Source: Polyangiales bacterium
Lineage (GTDB): Bacteria; Myxococcota_A; Polyangia; Polyangiales; Polyangiaceae
Length of the DNA: 11,359 bases
Direction of reading: 5' to 3'
NCBI GenBank assembly: GCA_038230375.1
Contig: JBBRNJ010000138.1
Span: forward strand, 1-11,359
The translations under genes were made by a program, and so were the position numbers. How positions within the stretch are numbered: position 1 is the stretch's first letter; every line of letters starts with the position of its first letter. The notes below the pieces were generated by a model, which was given only the letters and a program-made list of their open reading frames with translations, ran no database searches and was not told the DNA's origin. Below, one piece after another: positions 1 through 5,762 of the stretch.

Positions 1-1
1 C

Positions 2-106
2 CTGCATTTCTTCGGCGAGCTCATGAAGAATGCGCGCGCGGCGATCGAGCGCGGCGAGTTCGCTGCGTACAAACGTGACACGCTGGAGCGAATGAGCGCG
101 ACCTAA
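2..106 (+). CDS. tgt: 3' end of queuine tRNA-ribosyltransferase (tRNA-guanine transglycosylase), truncated by the window start
   Basis: Frame 2 reads LHFFGELMKNARAAIERGEFAAYKRDTLERMSAT* with TAA at 104-106. This matches the Tgt C-terminal pattern (HN)LxF..LM...R.AI..G.F. Only 34 residues are visible. Confidence 0.8.
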   Translation: MHFFGELMKNARAAIERGEFAAYKRDTLERMSAT

Positions 107-112
107 ACGATG

Positions 113-118
113 TATACT
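113..118 (+). promoter_or_regulatory. Putative sigma70-type -10 element (TATACT) for a leaderless transcript
   Basis: TATACT is 5/6 to TATAAT and lies 7 nt upstream of the GTG at 126. The 19-nt AT-rich spacer after tgt has no Shine-Dalgarno sequence. Confidence 0.5.
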
Positions 119-125
119 GACAGTA

Positions 126-1814
126 GTGGCCGAGCTATCCCAGAATGGCCAGATCGGCCAGATCCTGCTGAAGCAAGGCACGCTGTCCGCTGACGCTCTG
201 GAGCACGCGCTGCTCTTGCAGAGCTCGATGATCCACAAGCAGCCGCTGGCATCGCAGCTGGTGGCGGCGGGCCTCATCACCGACACCGACGCGTTGCGTG
301 GACTGTCCGAGCAGTTCGGGATGCCCGGAATCGATCTCCTGCAGGTCGCGATCCTGGGCGCGCATCTCGAGCACGTCCCGCACGAGATCGCAGTCAGCCG
401 CAGACTGCTTCCTGTGCTCGCGCGCGAAGACCGCCTCTTCCTCGCCATGGCCAATCCCAAGGACAAGCGCGCGATCGACGAGCTGGAGTTCGTCACCGGC
501 CGCAAGATCTTCCCGTACTTGGCGATGCGCGCGACGCTCGAGAGGGCAACGACAGCGGCGTACGCGGCGCGCGAGCGCGGGGACGCGTACTACCTGGCGC
601 CGAAGGTCCCGGAGAAGACGCTCGTGCAGCTGGGCCTGCGGCGCGAGAGCGGCGGCACGGCGATGCCGAAGGCCGAGCCCCTCGCGACGAGAGCGTCGCC
701 TGCGCTTTATGCGGGAGGCCTGCCGGTAGGCTCGCGGTCGATGGGGTCGGGCTCGATGCCGGCAGTGGACCCGAAGGGCGCGAACGCGACCGTGGAGACG
801 GTGCCGCGAAATCTCGCGACGCCACTCGACGAGAACACGCGTGAGACGTCACGACCGCCGCAGCTCGAGGCGCTGGGCGAAGGCTACGCGGCGGTGCTCG
901 ACAAGGTCGCGCAACCACCTGGCGGGAACGATGATCCGATCGCGGTGGACGCGGCCGAGCTCGATCGCCCGATCGCGGCGGAGGGGTCGCTCGGACCGGA
1001 CGCGGCGCTCGCGAGCCTCGGGGTCGCGGCCGAGGGCACGGGGAAGCTCCTGCTCGTCGTGGATGACGAGGAGGCCATTCGTTCGCAGCTGCGGCGGATC
1101 CTGAAGAGCATGGGGCACCGCGTCCTCGAGGCTCGCAGCGGACGCGACGCGCTACGCTTGCTTCGCACGCACGTGCCGGAGCTCGTCGTGATGGACGCGA
1201 TGCTGCCAGAGCTGCACGGCTTCGACGTGGCACGGCGCATGCGCAAGAGCCAGCGATACCACGCCACGCCCATCGTCATGATGAGCGGCATCTACAAGGG
1301 CTGGCGGATCGCCCAGGACCTGCGCGAGAACTACGGCATCCACGACTATGTCGAGAAGCCGTTCACCGTCCCCGCCATGACGGAGCTGCTCGCGCGCCGC
1401 CTCGCTGGCCCACCGTCACCGACGGCGGAGGGGCCGCGCAATCCGGACGATGTGAGCGCAGAGGCCGAAGCCCTCCTCGTGATCGGCGTGGAGGCGTACA
1501 AAGCCGGGGACGTGGAGCGCGCGATCGAAGCGCTCCAGCGAGGCATCGCGCTCGACCCAGAGTCGTACCGGCTCCGGTATCAGCTCGCGCTGCTCTACGG
1601 AAAGCGAGGCCAGGTCTACGACGGCATCCGCGAGCTCGAGCGCGCTGTCGAGCTCGCGCCCAAGCATTTTCCTGCGCTCAAGAACCTCGCCATCCTCTAC
1701 GAGAAGGCGGGTTTCAAGACCAAGGCCGTGGAGATGTGGGAGAGGTGTGCCCTCGTGGCGCCAGACGCGGAGACACAGCGCTCGATCAAGGAACATCTGT
1801 TGAAGCTGCTCTGA
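126..1814 (+). CDS. Hybrid signalling protein: N-terminal MshEN/T2SSE_N (GSPII_N)-like domain, disordered linker, receiver (REC) domain, C-terminal TPRs
   Basis: Two 24-aa MshEN-like motifs (QIGQILLKQGTLSADALEHALLLQ and PLASQLVAAGLITDTDALRGLSEQ) precede a T2SSE_N-like segment (LFLAMANPKDKRAIDELEFVTGRKI). The REC domain starts near 1047 with LVVDD, has a phosphoacceptor Asp in VMDAMLP (1194-1196), the MMS serine and EKPF. TPR helices follow (e.g. YQLALLYGKRGQVYDGIRELERAVELAP). Confidence 0.88.
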   Translation: MAELSQNGQIGQILLKQGTLSADALEHALLLQSSMIHKQPLASQLVAAGLITDTDALRGLSEQFGMPGIDLLQVAILGAHLEHVPHEIAVSRRLLPVLAREDRLFLAMANPKDKRAIDELEFVTGRKIFPYLAMRATLERATTAAYAARERGDAYYLAPKVPEKTLVQLGLRRESGGTAMPKAEPLATRASPALYAGGLPVGSRSMGSGSMPAVDPKGANATVETVPRNLATPLDENTRETSRPPQLEALGEGYAAVLDKVAQPPGGNDDPIAVDAAELDRPIAAEGSLGPDAALASLGVAAEGTGKLLLVVDDEEAIRSQLRRILKSMGHRVLEARSGRDALRLLRTHVPELVVMDAMLPELHGFDVARRMRKSQRYHATPIVMMSGIYKGWRIAQDLRENYGIHDYVEKPFTVPAMTELLARRLAGPPSPTAEGPRNPDDVSAEAEALLVIGVEAYKAGDVERAIEALQRGIALDPESYRLRYQLALLYGKRGQVYDGIRELERAVELAPKHFPALKNLAILYEKAGFKTKAVEMWERCALVAPDAETQRSIKEHLLKLL

Positions 1815-1933
1815 CCACCAAAAGACCGCCAAACTTTTCCCGTCGGCGGCCGTCTCACATGAGCGGCCGGACGATAGGAGTACCGGGGCCTCGAAAACAC
1901 GGTACGTTAAGGGGTCGAAAGGGCGCTCGAGCG

Positions 1934-3817
1934 TTGAAGTTCCTCTGCGACAATTGCAAGGCGAAGTACCAGATCTCCGACGACAAGGTCGCCGGCAAGA
2001 CGGTACGAATGAAGTGTCGCAAGTGCGGACACCAGATCGAGGTGCGCGCGGCTGTCACGGAGACCAGCGTCTCGGTCGGGCCGCCCAAGCCTGACGTTCC
2101 GAACGCGCCTCACGCGCCCGTGGGAGGAGCGGGCCCCAAGCGACCGGGCCTCGCCACGAGCCGGTCGGCCGCGCGCCCGCAGACCCAGAAGATGAGTCGG
2201 CCCGAGACGGGAGCGCTCGCTGGAGCGTTCAACAAGTCGGTGAAAGACGAGCACGCGGCGGCGGCCCATGGCCACGCGCCTGCATCCGCGAGGCCCTATT
2301 CGAGCCAGCCGCCGAGCAACCTCGACTCGCTCGACGTGAGCATGACGGAGGAGTGGTACGTCGCCATCAACGGCGTGCCCGTGGGCCCGATCCGCGTGTC
2401 GGAGCTGCGTCGCAAGGCTGCCGGCGGCGCGATCCACGATGACTCGCTGTGCTGGCAGGAGGGTCTGGAAGAGTGGCGGCCGGTGAAAGCGATCCCGGAG
2501 CTCGCGCGCATCGTGCGCGAGGCCGCGATGTCTGGTCGTCCGTCCCTCACGGCGAACAACGAGCGCCCATCGCAGACGCCCGCGCCTCCGACCGCGGGCA
2601 CCGGCACGCTGGTCCCGAGCTCGCAGCCCCATGGCGGCCACCAGCAGGCACACCAGCCCCACCAGCCTCCGCAAGCCCCTCGCGTGCCCGCAAGGCCAGC
2701 ACCGCCGACCGGCGGCCCGATGAGCCCGATGGGCGGGCAAGTGGGCGTGCCACGGCCGCTTCAGACCGGCGGGCCGATGCATGTGCCCGGGCAAATCGCC
2801 GCGCACGCGGCCCCTGGAGGATCGCCGTTCGGCATCGCAGGGCTGCAGCAGCAGCCTCACATGCCCCCCGCTCGCAACAATGTGGTGCCCATCTCGGCCG
2901 GTCGTCTCGCCACGGCAGAACGCCTGGAGGACCTTGTCCCGGCGGCCGTGCTCTTCGCGCCGCCCGTACAGACCGCTCCTACGCCCGCCCCGCCCATCGT
3001 CCCGGACCCCTTCGGAGCCACCGCGCCCGCCGCGCCGTCTCCGTACTCCAACATGCCGATGGGTCCGCCGCCAGGCATGCAGATGCAGGGCGGCCAGATG
3101 ATGTCCGCGGCGTCGCCGTCGTTTGCGCCGCCCGCACCGCAGAAGCGGGGCGCGCCGCTCTGGGCCATCGCCGCCATCGTGTTCGCAGGCTGCTTCGGCA
3201 TTGCTGTCGCTGTCATGGTGTTCATGCCGAAGGCCCCGCCTACGCAGCCACTCGCCGCGCAGACAGGCACGGCTCCCACCGCCCAACCGTCCGTCGATCC
3301 ATCCGCGGCGCTCGCGGCAGGCGTGGGCGCGCCGGTGCCCTCCGCCGCGCCGGATACGTCCGCGGTCGGAGCCGGTAGCGCGAAGATCGCTTCATCGGGA
3401 CCGAGGTCCGGCGGAGCCCTCGCAGCCGCAGGCTCCGCGACGGCGCGCACCAACCCGGATCTCAAGAACCTCCTTGGCACCGGCCCGGGTGGCCCGAACG
3501 ACGCGCCAGGGCCCGGGGGCGGCGCCGCCGGTGGCGCAGGTACTGGCCTCGACGGGAACGCCGTGCAGAAGGTGGTTCGCGACAGGCAACAAGGCGTCAA
3601 GCGCAAGTGCTGGGACACGGGGAGCAACGACCAGAAGACGAGCGCCAACGTCCAGGTCGTGGTCACCGTCGCGCCCAACGGCAGCGTGACGAACGCGGTC
3701 GCTACCGGTGACGAGCCGATCGCATCCTGCATCGGCCGCGAGGTCAAGACCTGGACCTTCCCGGCGCCCGGCTCGACCACCACCGTGAACATCCCGTTCC
3801 ACTTCGTTCGTCAGTAG
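1934..3817 (+). CDS. GltJ/AgmX-like bitopic membrane protein: zinc ribbon, GYF_2 domain, Pro-rich linker, single TM helix, periplasmic AgmX/PglI (TonB_C-like) C-terminal domain
   Basis: The start is placed at TTG 1934, giving MKFLCDNCKAKYQISDDKVAGKTVRMKCRKCGHQI, a CxxC...CxxC MJ0042-type finger like the GltJ N-terminus. GYF_2 motif WYVAINGVPVGP...LCWQEGLEEW begins at 2354. TM helix LWAIAAIVFAGCFGIAVAVMVF at about 3158-3223. The C-terminal domain has a Cys pair (KRKCW...ASCI) and ends WTFPAP...VNIPFHF. Orthology versus paralogy to GltJ is not established. Confidence 0.85.
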   Translation: MKFLCDNCKAKYQISDDKVAGKTVRMKCRKCGHQIEVRAAVTETSVSVGPPKPDVPNAPHAPVGGAGPKRPGLATSRSAARPQTQKMSRPETGALAGAFNKSVKDEHAAAAHGHAPASARPYSSQPPSNLDSLDVSMTEEWYVAINGVPVGPIRVSELRRKAAGGAIHDDSLCWQEGLEEWRPVKAIPELARIVREAAMSGRPSLTANNERPSQTPAPPTAGTGTLVPSSQPHGGHQQAHQPHQPPQAPRVPARPAPPTGGPMSPMGGQVGVPRPLQTGGPMHVPGQIAAHAAPGGSPFGIAGLQQQPHMPPARNNVVPISAGRLATAERLEDLVPAAVLFAPPVQTAPTPAPPIVPDPFGATAPAAPSPYSNMPMGPPPGMQMQGGQMMSAASPSFAPPAPQKRGAPLWAIAAIVFAGCFGIAVAVMVFMPKAPPTQPLAAQTGTAPTAQPSVDPSAALAAGVGAPVPSAAPDTSAVGAGSAKIASSGPRSGGALAAAGSATARTNPDLKNLLGTGPGGPNDAPGPGGGAAGGAGTGLDGNAVQKVVRDRQQGVKRKCWDTGSNDQKTSANVQVVVTVAPNGSVTNAVATGDEPIASCIGREVKTWTFPAPGSTTTVNIPFHFVRQ

Positions 3818-3863
3818 CCGAAGAAAAGAAGCAACCTTCGCCAGCCCTGGCCGATGGGGAGGG

Positions 3864-4739
3864 ATGAGCCCCCGCCCCGTTGCTGTCCTCTCCCTCTTCG
3901 TCGCGCTCCTGCTCGCGGTGCTCCCGCCTTCGCGCGCGCTCTGCGACACGGCCCTCACGCCCACGCTGACGCCGCTCGGGCGCCATGTGGAGGCGGAGCT
4001 TCTGCTGCGCGAGCTGGTCTCGGTGCTGCCGGACGATGCGCGCGCCAGGGTGCAGGGGATCTACGTCGCGTTCGCCCTGACACCGGTGGACGTGATGTCG
4101 CAGGCCGCGTGCGACGACGATGGCGACGCGGTGATCGTGGTGTCCGACGCAATGCTCGTGCTGCTCGAGAACGTGACCCACGCGCAGGCGCTCGATCTTG
4201 GCGCCACACGCGCGAACGTGGTGTCTCTGGCTTCGCACTATGCGAAGGACCAGCGCGCAGGCGAGCGTCTACTTCCACCGGTGCCCGGCGCGTTCGAGGC
4301 CAAGGACTCCCGCGCCACGGAGACCATCCACACCGCGCGGTTCCGCGAAGCGCTGTCTGGCGTGCTCGGCCATGAGCTCTCCATCTTCGTCCGCGCTGAG
4401 CTCACGTGTCCGCACCCCACGGCAACGCACGAGCGCGGTGACGACGAGTGGACGCAAGAAGAGGCAGAGCTCGCGCACGACATCGCGACGCGCCTCTATG
4501 GCAAAGGCCGCATCCGGGGGCGCGATCAAGACGCTGTCCTCTTCACCACCGCAACGAAAGGCGAAGCGCTTGGCTACATCGGCTGGCTCGCGTTCCTCAC
4601 CGCGATGGACAACGCCGGTGCGCGCCCGGCGTGGAGCTACTCGACGCAGCGCCCCGACCCGGCGCGACGCCTGGAGGTCGTGGAGCACGCCGCGATCGAC
4701 GTGAAGACGCAGCTCCGCCGAACGCACGAGGAGAAGTGA
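3864..4739 (+). CDS. Exported protein with peptidase M48-like architecture and degenerate catalytic motifs
   Basis: GGAGG RBS before ATG 3864 and a Sec-type signal peptide (MSPRPVAVLSLFVALLLAVLPPSRA). Motif order resembles M48: AAC...VIVVSDAML, LSGVLGHELS (4371-4385 reads HELSI), and C-terminal STQRPDPARRL where M48 has STHP....R[IL]. Confidence 0.65.
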   Translation: MSPRPVAVLSLFVALLLAVLPPSRALCDTALTPTLTPLGRHVEAELLLRELVSVLPDDARARVQGIYVAFALTPVDVMSQAACDDDGDAVIVVSDAMLVLLENVTHAQALDLGATRANVVSLASHYAKDQRAGERLLPPVPGAFEAKDSRATETIHTARFREALSGVLGHELSIFVRAELTCPHPTATHERGDDEWTQEEAELAHDIATRLYGKGRIRGRDQDAVLFTTATKGEALGYIGWLAFLTAMDNAGARPAWSYSTQRPDPARRLEVVEHAAIDVKTQLRRTHEEK

Positions 4740-4740
4740 C

Positions 4741-5676
4741 ATGAGGCTCCCGTTCACCGCGGACGATCCCGCCTGCACCCCGGCGCTCCGAAACATTCTC
4801 GAGGCCGCGCAACCACCAACGCTGACCCTCTCCAGACCGCTGACCCTGCCACCACCCCGAGGCATACGGAAGGTTCCACGGTCGGTCGCGATCGTTGGTG
4901 CACGCGCCGCCGAGAGAGCGGCTCTGGCGTTCACCAAGCAGCTCGCGGCGCTCGTGGTGTCTGCGGGCGGCGTCGTACTGTCGGGCGGGGCGATCGGCGT
5001 GGACTGCGCAGCACACGAAGGCGCGATGGCTGCAGGTGGGATGACCTGGTGCGTGGCGCCGTGTGGTCCAGGCTTGGTCACGCCACGCGCGCACAAGAAA
5101 CTCTTCCAACGAATCGAGGCGAGCGAAGGGGGAATTCTGTGGACCCAACCCGACGGGGTGACTGCAGCGCTCGGACAGTTCCACATCAGGAATCGAATCC
5201 TGGTGGCGCTCGCAGACCTGGTGGTGGTCGTACAGGCGGGTGCACGCTCGGGCTCCATCTATTCGGCCACGCATGCGCTCGCGATCGGTTGTGCGGTTCG
5301 TGTCGCGCGACCCCCGGCGTGGGGATGCGAGTTCGCCGGCTCGCGGTCGCTCTTGCGCAGGGGACGGGCGCGCGCTCTCGAGTCGCTCGACGAGATGCGT
5401 GAGCTCCTCGACCTCCCTCCTCTAGTGTCGAGTCTGGACGAGGCTGACGTCGGCATCGAACTGCCAAACCCCCAAGCTCAGCTGTCTTTCGATCTTTCGG
5501 AGGATCAGGCGAATCTCTTCCAGAAGGTGACGCAAAGCCCGCAACACGTGGACGAAATTGCACATTCTGTGGGCATCCGACCAGGGCAGGCCGCGACTCT
5601 GCTCTTGACGCTCGCCTTGGAGAACGTAGTAGTAGAAGGTCCGTCGGGCTTCTTCCGGCGACAGCAGCTACTATAA
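4741..5676 (+). CDS. dprA: DNA-processing protein DprA (Smf)
   Basis: Rossmann-fold motifs VAIVGAR, VLSGGAIGVDCAAHEGA, FHIRNRILVAL and VVVQAGARSGS, plus a C-terminal winged-helix-like segment (HVDEIAHSVG...LLTLALENVV). It sits directly upstream of topA, the classic synteny. Confidence 0.95.
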   Translation: MRLPFTADDPACTPALRNILEAAQPPTLTLSRPLTLPPPRGIRKVPRSVAIVGARAAERAALAFTKQLAALVVSAGGVVLSGGAIGVDCAAHEGAMAAGGMTWCVAPCGPGLVTPRAHKKLFQRIEASEGGILWTQPDGVTAALGQFHIRNRILVALADLVVVVQAGARSGSIYSATHALAIGCAVRVARPPAWGCEFAGSRSLLRRGRARALESLDEMRELLDLPPLVSSLDEADVGIELPNPQAQLSFDLSEDQANLFQKVTQSPQHVDEIAHSVGIRPGQAATLLLTLALENVVVEGPSGFFRRQQLL

Positions 5677-5686
5677 GCGTTTGAAA
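5674..5686 (-). promoter_or_regulatory. Possible IHF-binding site in the dprA-topA spacer
   Basis: The reverse complement TTTCAAACGCTTA matches WATCAANNNNTTR with one mismatch and lies in an AT-rich patch. Confidence 0.35.
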
Positions 5687-5762
5687 TGTAAGCACTATCT
5701 TTCCATCCAAGCGTCGCAAGGCGTCGGATGAGGGGTGTGCGTGTGTGGTTGTGGGGCAGAAC

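Noticed and set aside
100..125. AT-rich patch containing TGTATA, resembling a dif-site core
   Set aside because: The flanks do not match XerC/XerD arms (no TTATGTTAAAT-like sequence); a -10 element explains it better.
1736..1933. 66-aa N-terminal extension of the GltJ-like ORF given in the ORF track
   Set aside because: It overlaps the upstream gene and crosses a spacer-like region. The zinc-ribbon family begins at M-x-F-x-C, which matches TTG 1934.
1907..3792. Long overlapping ORFs within the GltJ-like gene (1907-3286 -, 2449-3378 +, 2857-3792 -)
   Set aside because: Low-complexity GC-rich shadows with no domain signatures.
3819..3840. CGAAG...CTTCG inverted repeat after the GltJ-like stop as a terminator
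   Set aside because: Only a 5-bp stem with a long loop and no U-tract.
5745..5762. GTG start for topA at 5745
   Set aside because: ATG 5763 gives the typical TopA N-terminus (MGKTLVVVESPAK); the extra six codons fall in a G/T-rich leader.
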